Assembly: GCA_963752155.1 (NCBI GenBank)
Contig: CAVVXH010000010.1
Coordinates: 288,001 to 352,000 of the forward strand
Direction of reading: 5' to 3'
DNA from: an uncultured Parachlamydiaceae bacterium
GTDB taxonomy: Bacteria > Chlamydiota > Chlamydiia > Chlamydiales > Parachlamydiaceae
DNA: 64,000 nucleotides
Numbering within the stretch: position 1 is the first letter of the stretch; the number at the start of each line of letters is the position of its first letter. Under the pieces are notes generated by a model. The model was given only the letters and a program-made list of their open reading frames with translations, was not told the origin of the DNA and ran no database searches. The position numbers and the translations under genes are program-made. Of this stretch, positions 1-11,386 are shown in pieces.

Positions 1-2350
1 CGACCATCATAAAATCCATGCAGATTTTTCCTACAATCGGAGCTTTTGCCCCTCGTATCATGACATAGCCTTTATTGCTATAATTTCTGTGAAGGCCATC
101 AAAATAGCCTAAAGGCAACATCGCAATCCGTTGTTCTGCTTGATTTACAGTATAGCTTCGGCCATAGCTGATCGTGTCACCTGCTTTGCAGGTATTGATC
201 CCAACGATGCGGGAAGTTAATGAGAGAGCAAGACGCAAGTCAAAAGGATGGGGGGCATCTGATGCACGTAATCCATAGAGTGCTAGGCCAATACGCACCA
301 TATTGTATTGTGGAAAGTTAAAACGAAGCGATGCGCTGGAGTTTGAAGCATGTCTCCACTTCATCGTGATCTCTTCTTGGGCAAGCTCATCGATAATGTT
401 GTCTAATTTCTTAGACTGTTGTAAAGTAAAAGGGTCTTCTTTTGGATCATCTGCAGAAGGAAAATGAGTCATAATTCCTTCGAATTCAAGGTGAGAGGAT
501 GATGCGATGGCTCGGCCAAGATCCGCAGCTTCTTCAGGGCGGCAGCCAAAGCGTCCCATACCGGTATCTACATGAAGGTGAACTTTTATTGTTTGTGAAC
601 GTAACTTGGCTTCTGCATTCAGCTTGTCGATCATAATGTTGTCGCTAACTCCAACCTCAAGTCCCCATTTGACAATTTTTGCGGCTTCAAAGGGGGCTGC
701 ATGGATGACAAAAATGGCTTGTTGAACACCTTCTTTTTTCAGGGCAACACCTTCATCGACATTTGAAACTCCAAGAATATCGATGTTACGTTCACTTAAA
801 AATTTTGCTAGCTGCAATTCGCCTGTGCCGTATGCAAATGCTTTCACCATGATCATGAGCCTGGTTCCGGTCGGCAATTTATCTCGCAAGAGGGCGATAT
901 TGTTTTCGATAGCATCTAGGTTAATTGAGCACTGATTTGTCGTCAAACTGTCATTAAAAAATTGCACGACCGTTTCCAGAGGTGTTTTTCGCTCTCCGGT
1001 AATGAGCACACTATCATGTGTCTTCAGAATTGGTTTAAGCCATGTAAACGCTTCTTCATGTGTTTCAAAATGAACAATTTCTATTTCAGGTGAATCTCTT
1101 TTTACTTCATCAATCAACGATTGAAAGCAGTGTGATCCTACCAACAATAGGAAAGCAATCTGTTGATCTTTTAAAGACATACCAATGCGCTTATAGCCAA
1201 CCTCTCGGCTTAACTTATTGTGAAAATTTTCAGACTCTTTTTTGACTTCACGCATTCCTCCAAATATAAAAATGCGTCGAGATCCTGGGGATTGACGATA
1301 TTTCTTAAGGGCTTGATCTACCGATTGAGGATCGCAACAGTAGCTTTCGTTGATGAAGATTGCCCCTTGTGGAGATTTCCAGATTTCCGTGCGCATCGGT
1401 TCAGGGAGATAATTCTTAATGGCCTCGATGATAGAAGTTGAGTTTACTCCCAGAAGCCAAGCAGCCTTAGAGGCACAGTTGATGAGGTTTAGGAAATAAT
1501 AATGTCCCCAAGAAATGGTGCCGGAAAAGGTGTTCCCATCGGGAAAAACAAGTGTATAGCTCGACATAGAGGCTTTATTTTCTGGAGCCAAAAAAGCATG
1601 TGGAAGTGTATCAGAACTTTCATCCCAAGAGTAGCATTTGTAGAATTCATGAGGCTTTTTGTCTAATTTTAGATCTTTGGAATGGAGTACCCAATCTAAA
1701 GATGTCGAGTAATTAAGAAATCGAAGAGTTTCCCGTTCGATCGTACTGATATCTTTTAGAGTTGCGAGATGTTTTTTTCCTATCGGAGTGAAGATAATTG
1801 CATCTGGAGCGATCATTGCACCTAAAGAGTCCATTTCTCCTTGTTTAGAAACGGAAGCTTCGATGAGTGCAATCTGATGAGAGTGGGTGATGGTCAATAA
1901 ACTTAAAGGAACCCCGATTTGGCTATTAAAACTTCCTGGAGAAGCCGCTACATTCATTTGATGAGTGAGGATTTCCTGGAGAAGGTCTTTGACCATTGTT
2001 TTTCCATAAGTCCCTGTAATGCCGATGACTTTGGCTTTTTGTGTAGAGCGATAACATTTAGCTAGGGATTGGAGTGCAATGAGTGGGGAGTCAACAAAGA
2101 GTAGCTGAATTCCAGAAAGATTAGCCGGGGGATGCCATGGTCGAGAAACAAGTGCGTATTTAGCTCCTTGCCGCATCGCATGTTCGACAAATTGATGTCC
2201 GTCTTGGTTACCTTGGAGAGCGACAAAGAGTGTGTTTGGAGACCCTATGCGACGAGAATCGATGGTGATGGCATCGACTAGGGCGGGCGATGAAGTATTT
2301 CCACCTGCCTTGCAAAAACCCTCCCATAAATTTAAGTCGAAAGGGTCCAT
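1..2350 (-). CDS. murF/alr: Bifunctional MurF (UDP-MurNAc-tripeptide:D-Ala-D-Ala ligase)/alanine racemase, runs off the window start
   Basis: Hand translation from ATG at 2350: Mur ligase motifs IDSRR, DGHQF, GITGTYGKT, SFNSQIGVPLS, then alanine racemase motifs INLDAIENN, MVKAFAYG, HLHVDTGMGRFG. Absent from the ORF track, consistent with no stop inside the window. Confidence 0.9.
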   Translation of the reverse strand, partial: MDPFDLNLWEGFCKAGGNTSSPALVDAITIDSRRIGSPNTLFVALQGNQDGHQFVEHAMRQGAKYALVSRPWHPPANLSGIQLLFVDSPLIALQSLAKCYRSTQKAKVIGITGTYGKTMVKDLLQEILTHQMNVAASPGSFNSQIGVPLSLLTITHSHQIALIEASVSKQGEMDSLGAMIAPDAIIFTPIGKKHLATLKDISTIERETLRFLNYSTSLDWVLHSKDLKLDKKPHEFYKCYSWDESSDTLPHAFLAPENKASMSSYTLVFPDGNTFSGTISWGHYYFLNLINCASKAAWLLGVNSTSIIEAIKNYLPEPMRTEIWKSPQGAIFINESYCCDPQSVDQALKKYRQSPGSRRIFIFGGMREVKKESENFHNKLSREVGYKRIGMSLKDQQIAFLLLVGSHCFQSLIDEVKRDSPEIEIVHFETHEEAFTWLKPILKTHDSVLITGERKTPLETVVQFFNDSLTTNQCSINLDAIENNIALLRDKLPTGTRLMIMVKAFAYGTGELQLAKFLSERNIDILGVSNVDEGVALKKEGVQQAIFVIHAAPFEAAKIVKWGLEVGVSDNIMIDKLNAEAKLRSQTIKVHLHVDTGMGRFGCRPEEAADLGRAIASSSHLEFEGIMTHFPSADDPKEDPFTLQQSKKLDNIIDELAQEEITMKWRHASNSSASLRFNFPQYNMVRIGLALYGLRASDAPHPFDLRLALSLTSRIVGINTCKAGDTISYGRSYTVNQAEQRIAMLPLGYFDGLHRNYSNKGYVMIRGAKAPIVGKICMDFMMV

Positions 2351-5113
2351 TTATCCATCAAAGTTGGGCTGAATAGAAGCTGCTGGAGGAACTCCTTTAC
2401 CAGGAGCCTCTTCCTTAAATGGTGCAGTCGTCGGTTCGGTTTCAAAAGATTTTTTGTGTAATTCATCTTGATATCGAAGACGCGCACGCTTTTCTTCAAT
2501 ATTCCATTCATTTTTAAGGATTTTTGCAATGTCTTCAGCATCGAGTGTTTCGAATTCGATGAGCATTTCAGTGATTAATTCGACTTGAGCTTTATACTCT
2601 TGAATTATTTCTGTTGCTCGTTTATTCGCATCATCGAGAATTTTGCGCACTTCTTTATCAATTGTCTGGGCGGTATCATCGGAGTACTTTTTCTCGTGGT
2701 ATCCGGTAATACCAGTGAAGTTCCCATTTTCAGAACGTTCATCATAGGCCATTGCACCAAGCTTATCGCTCATGCCCCACTCGCAAACCATGCTGCGGGC
2801 AAGTTGTGTGGCGCGTTCGATATCTTGTTGGGCTCCGCTAGAGATATCGTCCAACAAAAATTTCTTCGGCACACGGCCGCCCATCAACACAGCCAACTGA
2901 TCATGAAGTTCATTTTTCCAATAGCTAACACGATTTTTCTTAGGCAGGAACATTGTTGAGCCCAAAGACAATCCTCGTGGAATGATCGTGACTTTATCAA
3001 CAGGATCGGCATGCTTTAACAACGAGACCGACAATGGTATGGCCAGATTCATGATAAGCTGTGGTTCGTTTTTCGTTTTCATCGATTTCCAAGACTGCGT
3101 CGTTCTTTACCATAAAGCACTTTATCGCGTGCTTCCAGCATTTCATGCGCCGTCACAGCAGAGCGCCCTTTACGTGCTGCAAGTAAGGCAGCTTCATTGA
3201 GCATATTTGCCAAGTCGGCTCCGGAACATCCCGGAGTGCTTCTCGCAATAGTCCATTAGATCACAGTAGGATCCATTTTATTTTACGGGCATGAACTTTA
3301 AGGATGTCAAAGCGCCCTTTAATATCTGGCAGACTGATGATGACACGTCGATCAAAACGGCCAGGACGCAAAAGGCTTTATCCAAAACATCAGGACGGTT
3401 TGTCGCAGCCATGAGGATGACCCCTTCATTGGTATCAAATCCATCCATTTCCACCAGAAGTTGGTTAAGTGTTTGCTCACGTTCATCATGGCCGCCGCCA
3501 ATACCTGCACCGCGATGACGCCCAACAGCATCGATTTCATCCATAAAAATAATGCAAGGAGCATTCTTCTTGGCCTGATCAAACAGATCGCGGATACGGC
3601 TTGCGCCCACACCGACAAACATTTCGACAAAATCAGAACCGGAAATCGAAAAAAAGGGACGATCAGCTTCTCCGGCAACAGCTTTAGCAATCAGGGTTTT
3701 ACCTGTTCCTGGAGGACCAACGCAAAGAACACCTTTTGGAATATGTCCGCCGAGAGCAGTGAATTTCTGTGGATTTTTAAGAATTCGACAATTTCTTGCA
3801 GTTCTTCGATAGCTTCATCGACTCCTGCAACATCTTTAAAGGTGATTTTATTCTGCCCTTTTGTCAGCAACTTAGCAGGGGATTTCCCGAAATTCATCGC
3901 ATTGGAGCCCATCCCTTTCATTTGCCGTGAAAAGATGAAATAAAGGACAAAATGACCAAAAAGACAGGCAGCAGGGTGAAGAGATAGCTCAAATAATTTG
4001 GCGGGGCTCTTCACTTTTAAAGGTTTTTTCAAGAACCGTGTTTAAGAGGTTGATCAGGAGCTTTAAAATATCCGCCATGGTTATGGCTCAAATTATCCCA
4101 CTCTTCTTTGCAGTAGCAAACCAATGGTTGAATTCTTCCGGATCTTGCTTTTCAAGGCACGTGTAGAAAGTTCTTGGTCGTTGAAGTACCAAATCACATT
4201 GGTAACAGCTTTGACGAGCCTTATCGAGTTTGAGTGTATTGTCTTCGAGCTTTGTTAATAGGGTTGTATTTTCATCGAAAGGTCTTTGTAATTGCGAACA
4301 GAACGCAAGTTGCAGAAGGTGAATTTGATCAGTTTCGCGGCTTAGTTCTTTAACAATTTGCTGTAATTGTTGAGTTGCAGTAGCATAAAGACCTAGCTTT
4401 GCTTCAACTGTAAGTTTGGAATTGTTTAGTCCACTTTGCACATCATCGTCTAATGATTTCAATTGATCCTTCATCTCCTGATTCCCAATCCCTAACAGAG
4501 GCGCGCGGAAATCACGAATGAGTTGATGGAGCGAACTGCCAAAGGCATCGACGGTTTGAGCTGTAGGATTTGCTTGGATTTCATTCAGTTGATTTGAAAG
4601 ACTGGCTAAATTGACTTTATTTTTATTGGAAACCTCATGAAGAGTGATACTGTAGTCTTTTTCGGGGCCATGAGAAAGACCGTCGATGATCGAATACCCC
4701 TCAGAAGGAATGGGTAACCCGGAAAGTGAAAAAAATGAATTTGCCGATTCAATGACTTTATTCTGCTGATCTGTAAGAGCCGTTTTTAAACGTTCTTTTT
4801 CTGCGCGGAGTTCGTGATTGGCATTGAGTAACTCTAAAAATTTAAAACGTTGTTTCCCTTCTTCGGTGACTCGGTCTCTAAATTTCCCGCTAAAGGAGAC
4901 AAGATTGTCATTTAAAGCAATTTTTCGACTATCTTCCGGGTGCAGCAGTTGCAAATTGACAAGATGTTCAAGCTGATAGCTGAAAGAAACTTGTGCAAAT
5001 TTAGTTTCAATAAAATTCTGCACGAAAAGTGCCAAAAGAAAGGCAGCCATTACGAACCAGACAAAACCGCTCGGTACATTTTTTTTTAGATCCTGTCCTT
5101 TGTCATCACTCAT
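2351..5113 (-). CDS. ftsH: ATP-dependent zinc metalloprotease FtsH, split by several frameshifts
   Basis: Consecutive fragments 4088-5113, 3691-4032, 3278-3622, 2351-3082 carry N-terminal [44 protein letters not shown] and [12 protein letters not shown]. Confidence 0.93.
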
Positions 5114-5227
5114 ATTTACCTATCAGCTTATAAAAAGATTAAAATAAAGGTTTTAGCCATTTCCAATAGATTGGAAAGGGATTTATGTCAGACACAAACC
5201 CAGGGCAAAATACAATGATTCATCCCA

Positions 5228-6616
5228 TTACCGAATTTTATCATAGAACTCATTCACCTTCAATAACAACTTTAAAGTCTCACTAGTATTCAGGTTCTGG
5301 AGGCTAGTTCGCCCAGAAAGAAACTCATGTATAACTTTGCCATTATAGAAAACAACCGGAACAAGAAGGCGCACTATCCCAGGCACTTTAGCTTTATTCC
5401 ACCATTGTGCTAGAGGAGAAGAATTTGGATAACAATCTCCGGGTTTTGGAAAGTCCAAAGTGTAACGGGAGGTCTCCATTTCACTTTTGGGAAGAAAAAT
5501 TGTGACCTCTCCCTTCCAAACATCTCTCCAGTCTTGAGGTTTTGAATGAATATTTTCAGTTGTTTCAACGGTAGCGCTCCAGTTGTAAAATGAATGATCT
5601 CCTGGAATAAGTTCAAGAGGTTTTTGCCTTGTTGATTTTTCTTCTAATGTTTTCAAGGCAAATAAACGATAGCGATCGATGTAAAGCTTCTGCTTGCCGC
5701 AGCTGATCGATTTATTAGCAATTCCATGAGTTAAAAGGTGAACTGCTGTGGCCAAAGCTTCTTTTGAAATAGAAAGCCCGCAGTTTTTGCAGAAGCGGCG
5801 AATGAGATGTTTTTGCTCTAGAGGGGGCATGGGAAGAGTTTTAGTGAGATCGAGCATAGAACCAAAGGGGCCTATTAATAGCTTTGAGTAGGAGAATTGG
5901 GTTTGTTCATCGAGGTATGCATTGAGCTCTTGAGCTTCCGAGCCTAAATTTTTTAGGTGAGTATTGATCTCTTTACCAAATTCATTGGCGAGCAGAGGAA
6001 GTAATTTTGTGCGAAAGCGAGCGCGTAGAAATCGAGGGTCTTTGTTTGTTTCATCTTCAAAAGCTTTGATCCCACACGATTTCAGTTCTTCGATTAAATC
6101 ATTTTTCCGGCAATTCAACAGAGGGCGCCAAAGTGTTAATTGACTCAAGCAGGTGACAGGACGGAGAGCTGTCAAGTAAGGGAGTGAGGTTCCTTCAAAA
6201 ATTCTCTTTAGCACTGTTTCAGCTTGGTCATCTGCATGATGTCCTAATAATACAGCTTGATAGCCATGCTCCAAACAAAGTTGGCGAAAAAAAAGAAACC
6301 GTTCTTCTCTACATGCAGACTCAAGATTGCCTTTTAAAGTGTTGGGAGAAAGAATTTTCAGATGAAAGGGAATTCCTCGCTGTTGAGCGCTTTGTTCAAG
6401 GGATTTTGCTTCTTCTTCACTTGAAGGACGCCATCGATGATCCACATGTGCGATTGCGAATTCAAAGTGTAAATCTATCTTTAATTTCAATAGAAGCTGC
6501 AGTAGCATTAAAGAATCTGGCCCTCCAGATAATGCAAGCAACAAGGGGCGATGTCCATCCCAGTGTTTTTGGATAAAGGTTTTAAGCTCAGTTTTTAACA
6601 TCATGTTATCGTTCAT
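5228..6616 (-). CDS. tilS: tRNA(Ile)-lysidine synthetase
   Basis: PP-loop SGGPDS, HVDH, GHHADDQAETVL, RPLL; adjacent to ftsH as usual. Confidence 0.93.
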   Translation of the reverse strand: MNDNMMLKTELKTFIQKHWDGHRPLLLALSGGPDSLMLLQLLLKLKIDLHFEFAIAHVDHRWRPSSEEEAKSLEQSAQQRGIPFHLKILSPNTLKGNLESACREERFLFFRQLCLEHGYQAVLLGHHADDQAETVLKRIFEGTSLPYLTALRPVTCLSQLTLWRPLLNCRKNDLIEELKSCGIKAFEDETNKDPRFLRARFRTKLLPLLANEFGKEINTHLKNLGSEAQELNAYLDEQTQFSYSKLLIGPFGSMLDLTKTLPMPPLEQKHLIRRFCKNCGLSISKEALATAVHLLTHGIANKSISCGKQKLYIDRYRLFALKTLEEKSTRQKPLELIPGDHSFYNWSATVETTENIHSKPQDWRDVWKGEVTIFLPKSEMETSRYTLDFPKPGDCYPNSSPLAQWWNKAKVPGIVRLLVPVVFYNGKVIHEFLSGRTSLQNLNTSETLKLLLKVNEFYDKIR

Positions 6617-6950
6617 TGAAGAGGTGCAGAATGATAAATATTACAACAGCAAGGGCAACCCATAACCAGAAAGTCAGAGGGGGAGGAGCAGGCATCTCTA
6701 AAACGAGTTCGCCCGCATATTTTTTTCTTTTTTGAGTGAACTCTTCATTTTCATCCTCCTCTTCTTCTGAAGATTTAGGATCTTTGAAAATTTCTTGAAG
6801 TTCTGGAATTTCTCGTATAGGAATCCAAGCTTTTAATTCTACACTCCAGGCAAGGGTGTCTGGGGTTATTTCCTTGATACGTTTAAGTTGGTCGACAGTA
6901 TAGGGACCTTTTTGTTTCCCATTGATTTTAATATACCAGATTTTTTTCAT
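6606..6950 (-). CDS. GYF_2/DUF4339-like domain membrane protein
   Basis: WYIKINGKQKGPY..QL....ITPDTLAW....AW.PI.EIPEL pattern plus a C-terminal TM segment. Confidence 0.75.
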   Translation of the reverse strand: MKKIWYIKINGKQKGPYTVDQLKRIKEITPDTLAWSVELKAWIPIREIPELQEIFKDPKSSEEEEDENEEFTQKRKKYAGELVLEMPAPPPLTFWLWVALAVVIFIILHLFNER

Positions 6951-6983
6951 TTGTAGTACTCTAGAAGTTTAACCTAGGAAACG

Positions 6984-8131
6984 ATGATGCCTATTTTATG
7001 GCGCTATTTGCTTTTACATTATTTAAAAGTATTATTTTTTTGTACATTTGCGTTTATTGCATTATTACTAACCTTGCGATTGGAAGAAATTGCCCATTTT
7101 GCAACCTTAGGTTCACAGGGAATTTATATATTGTATTTTACATTCTATCAGATTCCTTACATTCTGCCTATAGCGCTTCCCATTTCAGCATTAATTTCTT
7201 CTATTATTTTGATTAAATATTTATGTAAAAATCATGAGATGACAGCTTTGCGTGCAGCAGGTCTTTCTTTGCGTGCAATTTTGACTCCTTTATTAATGGC
7301 TGCCTCTTTTTTAGCAATTGTTAATTTCTATGTTGTTTCTGAATTAGCTACCGATTCCCATCTGGCAACATCTTTGATAAAGAACGAATTGCGCTCGATC
7401 AATCCTTTACTTCTTCTAAGCAATAAACATCTGATGAAGATGAGAGGGATATATTTTGACACTTTGGGATCTTCGAGGTTAGGTGAATCTGCTTCAGATA
7501 GTATCATTGCTATGCCGAACAAACAGACGAATCGTATTCAGCTGCTCGCGGCCAAAAATTTGCACGCCTCACCAGTAGATTTTGACAGTCAATCGTTAAC
7601 GATTTTGTCCATTTTATCGGAAAATAGCAGCGAGTCTGACCGAATACTTGTTGAAAATATGGGTAAAAGCACGACTGGCGTGAAAGATTTCTCACAGTTG
7701 ATTCAACGCAAAGTATGGACTCTGAATAATGATCATCTGAAGCTTTCATTGTTGCTATGTCGTTTGCAGGAGGGGCTAAAGTCCATTGAGAATGCAATCA
7801 CTAGCGGCAAGCCTCCAGAGAAATTAAGCAATTTCAAAAGAGCAATAATCGGATCTATAGCGAGATGATGCGACGCATTTCTATTGCAATTGCTGTATTT
7901 ACGTTCACATTGCTTGGAGCCTGCTGCGGGATGAGCATTGGCAGAAATCAATCCTCAAAAGCGATCTATCTTGTAGCAGTGTTGAGTGCGGTTTATGTGG
8001 CCGCATACTTTTCTGGTAAGGGTGTAGATCATTTGCTGATTACATCGGCCTTATTTTATCTTGTTCCACATGTTTTGATAATTATAGTTTCGTTATGGAT
8101 GGTTGGAAAGGCCGTCAGGGGAGTTGAATGA
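6984..8131 (+). CDS. lptF: LPS export permease LptF/LptG family, frameshifted near 7820
   Basis: ILWRYLL start, EMTALRAAGLS motif; ORFs 6984-7868 and 7865-8131 together give the expected TM layout. Confidence 0.8.
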
Positions 8132-8138
8132 GATATTT

Positions 8139-9224
8139 ATGATCCCTTTTATAAAAATCTGGGAAAGATATTTTCTGAAAGAAACGTTAAAAACTTTTTT
8201 TCTTTTTTTAATTTGTTTTTATGGCCTTTACATCCTGATTGATTATACAAATCATGGTAGGAGCTTCCACAAGGATGGATCTTCTTTTTGGCAAGTGTTT
8301 TGTATGTATTATCTTTGTGAATTTGTCAATCGGAGTGAAGTGTTAGTTCCTTTTGCCATTATTTTGGGAACGACTCGTACTTTGTGCAAATTGAATGATA
8401 ACAATGAGCTTGTTGCTCTGATGGCGAGTGGTGTTAGAGCAACGAGGCTTTTACGTCCATTTTTAGCATTGGGAATATTTTTTACTGTTTTGATGTATGT
8501 GAACGTTGAGTATGTCCTACCTGCTGCAGCTAAGGAGCTGAATTATTTTGATACAATGGATGCAAAGCAAAAGAAGCATAAATTTGTACCTATCTCTGTA
8601 AAAAATATTATTTTAGAAGATAATTCTACGTTGCTTTTTCAGAGTTATGATCCTATAGAGAACTTTTTTTTCGATGCCTACTGGGTGCGTTCTATTGATG
8701 AAATCTATAAAATCAAGCATTTGTACCTCCATGAAAAGGCACCTATAGGGCATTTTGTTGATCGTTTGATGCGCAATGAGCAGGATGAACTTGTAGTGTT
8801 TGAATCGCATGATTTAACAATGCTTCCTAATCTGAAGTTCGATGCAAAGAGATTAAGAGAAACTTTAGTGCAGCCTGAAGATCAGGCTTTGTCTACTCTT
8901 TGGAAGGAGATTTCTGAAAGTCCTGAAGCTCAGAGTGAAAAGGAGGCTAGAATGCATTCGACATTTCATCGTAAGTTAGCTATTCCGTGGTTGTGTTTAT
9001 TGGCAGTATTGGTTCCTGCACCATTTTGCATGTGGTTTTCCCGTCAATTTCCTGTTTTTTTGATTTATGCATTGAGTTTATTTGGTTTAATTGGAATTTA
9101 TATCATTATCGATGCAGCGCATGTGCTGGGTCGTAGGCAGGTTCTAGACCCTTTTTATGCGTTGTGGACTCCATTTGTATTTTTCTTTTTGATTTTTGGT
9201 TGGCGGTTTGTGAGGTTGCGATAA
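8139..9224 (+). CDS. lptG: LPS export permease LptG family
   Basis: IWERYFLKE, NNELVALMASGV; tandem with lptF. Start placed at ATG 8139. Confidence 0.8.
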   Translation: MIPFIKIWERYFLKETLKTFFLFLICFYGLYILIDYTNHGRSFHKDGSSFWQVFCMYYLCEFVNRSEVLVPFAIILGTTRTLCKLNDNNELVALMASGVRATRLLRPFLALGIFFTVLMYVNVEYVLPAAAKELNYFDTMDAKQKKHKFVPISVKNIILEDNSTLLFQSYDPIENFFFDAYWVRSIDEIYKIKHLYLHEKAPIGHFVDRLMRNEQDELVVFESHDLTMLPNLKFDAKRLRETLVQPEDQALSTLWKEISESPEAQSEKEARMHSTFHRKLAIPWLCLLAVLVPAPFCMWFSRQFPVFLIYALSLFGLIGIYIIIDAAHVLGRRQVLDPFYALWTPFVFFFLIFGWRFVRLR

Positions 9225-9288
9225 TTTTTCAATCTTTTGTTTTTTTGCTTGTTGATAAATCGTTTTTTTTGCTAAGATGATTTTTCAA

Positions 9289-9371
9289 GCGAAAGTGGCG
9301 GAATGGTATACGCGCTACCTTGAGGTGGTAGTGGGAGTAATCCCGTGGGGGTTCGAGTCCCCCCTTTCGCA
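9289..9371 (+). tRNA. tRNA-Leu (GAG)
   Basis: Acceptor GCGAAAG/CTTTCGC, anticodon arm CTACC-TTGAGGT-GGTAG, long variable arm, GGTTCGAGTCC T-loop. Confidence 0.95.
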
Positions 9372-9530
9372 CATTATCGATTTCTGTTAGAAATGGCAAG
9401 GGTTCTGTTTTTTAAAGTTCCTTAATCAGATGTATGAAAAGAAACTTAGAGTCTCTATAGGGTTGGCCGCACGGTGAATAACCCTTTTGTTTCAGGGCCT
9501 CGTTCTTCAGAGAAAAAATAGCTAGACCGC

Positions 9531-9803
9531 TTAAAAAAGTTCGGAGTGAGAACCTAATCTTTCGACTACTAGTTTTTTGTTTTCCATATCAATCCAATAT
9601 ATCAATAATACATCCGGTCTGATGTGACACTCGCGCATGCCGACGTACCCACCAGAAAGAGAATGGTTACGGTATTTTTCAGGAAGTGCCTTTCCCTCTA
9701 TTAGCAATTTTAAAACGTCATTTAATTCACGCAGAATTGAGGTTTGATGTTGATATTTTTTTAAATCTTTTTTAAATCTTGTGACATATTTAATTGAGAG
9801 CAC
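9531..9803 (-). CDS. yafQ: YafQ-family (RelE superfamily) mRNA interferase toxin
   Basis: FKKDLKK, YRNHSLSG, RECHIRPDVLLIY, RLGSHSELF. Confidence 0.9.
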   Translation of the reverse strand: MLSIKYVTRFKKDLKKYQHQTSILRELNDVLKLLIEGKALPEKYRNHSLSGGYVGMRECHIRPDVLLIYWIDMENKKLVVERLGSHSELF

Positions 9804-10062
9804 TAGGTTCTACTCCCATCTGTTTCCAAAAGTCTTCTAAACTTTCACAATCGACGCCACCACCATTTAAAGCTTCCTCGTGAGCCTGAAGAGTTGCCTT
9901 ATTAGGCTTTTTGGGGAAGTCAGCTCTTAAATAGGTTAAAATAAGTTCACTAAGATTCAAATGAGCTTTTGCTGCCAACATTTTAATATAAGCTCTCTCA
10001 TCAGCAGTGCACTCTATTGTGACTTTGACTTTATCGTGGTGGGCATGAGAATGAGCGCCCAT
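9790..10062 (-). CDS. Cognate antitoxin (RHH-like N-terminus, DinJ-like C-terminus)
   Basis: Overlaps the toxin start; PNKATLQAHEE...SLEDFWKQM resembles the DinJ/RelB C-terminal motif. Confidence 0.7.
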   Translation of the reverse strand: MGAHSHAHHDKVKVTIECTADERAYIKMLAAKAHLNLSELILTYLRADFPKKPNKATLQAHEEALNGGGVDCESLEDFWKQMGVEPSALN

Positions 10063-10176
10063 ATGTACCTCCTCTGATTATATCCTTATTTTATAATTTA
10101 CCATGATTTTTGTAAAGAACAAGATCCTGGGATTCCGTGGAATAATAGAATTAAATTAGCTCCTTTCTCAATAATT

Positions 10177-11322
10177 TTATTTTGCACGTTCAAGAGTTTG
10201 AGACAAATCGTCCAAGAGATCTTGAGAGTCTTCAATCCCTACTGAAAATCGAAGAATCCCATCGCTGAGCCCAATTTTATGTCTTTCTTCAGACGGAATG
10301 GAAGCATGCGTCATTGTAGCAGGATGACAAACAAGCGATTCCACCCCACCTAAACTCTCTGCTAATGCAAAAAGCGAAAACGAAGAGGCTAGGTCTATTG
10401 TTGATTCTAATGAAAGATTGAATTCAGCTGAAATCATACCCCCAAAACCTTTCATTTGCTCCTTAGCAATGGCATGACTTGGATGATTTTCCAATCCTGG
10501 ATAATAGACTTTTTTAACCAAAGGGTGTCTTTCTAAAAATACCGCTATTTCCATAGCATTTCGAGCATGTTGTTGCATACGTAATGCTAGAGTTTTTAGT
10601 CCACGAGTGATTAACCAAGCATCAAAGGGGCTTGGATTCACTCCAATGGCTTTACGCATGAAATCCATTTGTTCTTTAATTGAAGCAGAGTTTGTCATGA
10701 TAACACCTCCGATGACATCAGAATGTCCTCCAATGTATTTTGTGGTGCTATGCCAGACGATGTCTGCGCCGTATTCCAAGGGGTTTTGAAAATATGGAGT
10801 TGCGAGGGTGTTATCGACAATTGTCAATACTTCATGCTGTTTTGCGATATTGACACAAGCTTCAATATCGACATTATTTAAAAGAGGGTTTGTGGGTGTT
10901 TCAAACAAAAGCCATTTTGGTTTTTTGGTTAACGCTGATTTTAAATCAGAGATTTGGTTTAGTTTAAGTGATTCAAAATGTATTCCAAAGCGGTTAAAGA
11001 CATTATTGAACAGGCGATAGGTGCCTCCATATAGACCTTCGAGGGCTAGTACATGGTCGCCTTGAGAAAGCATACCAGTCATTCCTGTAAGTGCACCAAG
11101 GCCAGAAGAAAATACCGTGGCGTGCTTCGCGCCTTCTAAAGTAGCCAGTGTTTTTTCTAAGATGGTAAAATTTGGATTACCTGCTCGAGTGTAGTCATAA
11201 CCGTGCGATTCTCCGGGAGCATCTTGTAAGTATGTTGACGTCATGTAGATTGGGGGCATGATGGAGCGGTTTTCTGCATCCGGTTCATAGCCGGCATGAA
11301 TGGCTTTGGTGGCGAATTTCAT
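10177..11322 (-). CDS. Cystathionine gamma-lyase/synthase (Cys/Met metabolism PLP enzyme)
   Basis: YDYTRAGNP, ETPTNP, VDNT, HSTTKYIGGHSD, AESLGGVESL. Confidence 0.92.
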   Translation of the reverse strand: MKFATKAIHAGYEPDAENRSIMPPIYMTSTYLQDAPGESHGYDYTRAGNPNFTILEKTLATLEGAKHATVFSSGLGALTGMTGMLSQGDHVLALEGLYGGTYRLFNNVFNRFGIHFESLKLNQISDLKSALTKKPKWLLFETPTNPLLNNVDIEACVNIAKQHEVLTIVDNTLATPYFQNPLEYGADIVWHSTTKYIGGHSDVIGGVIMTNSASIKEQMDFMRKAIGVNPSPFDAWLITRGLKTLALRMQQHARNAMEIAVFLERHPLVKKVYYPGLENHPSHAIAKEQMKGFGGMISAEFNLSLESTIDLASSFSLFALAESLGGVESLVCHPATMTHASIPSEERHKIGLSDGILRFSVGIEDSQDLLDDLSQTLERAK

Positions 11323-11386
11323 ATTTTTTTTTATCCTAATTTGTAACAGTAGCTTTGTCTAAGAGATTATTTATGTCAAGTGCTGA

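Noticed and set aside
2351..5113. ftsH, ptsI, lptF and ftsK as true pseudogenes
   Set aside because: Motifs are intact and the breaks are single-base indels, mostly in homopolymers; sequencing error is the simpler explanation.
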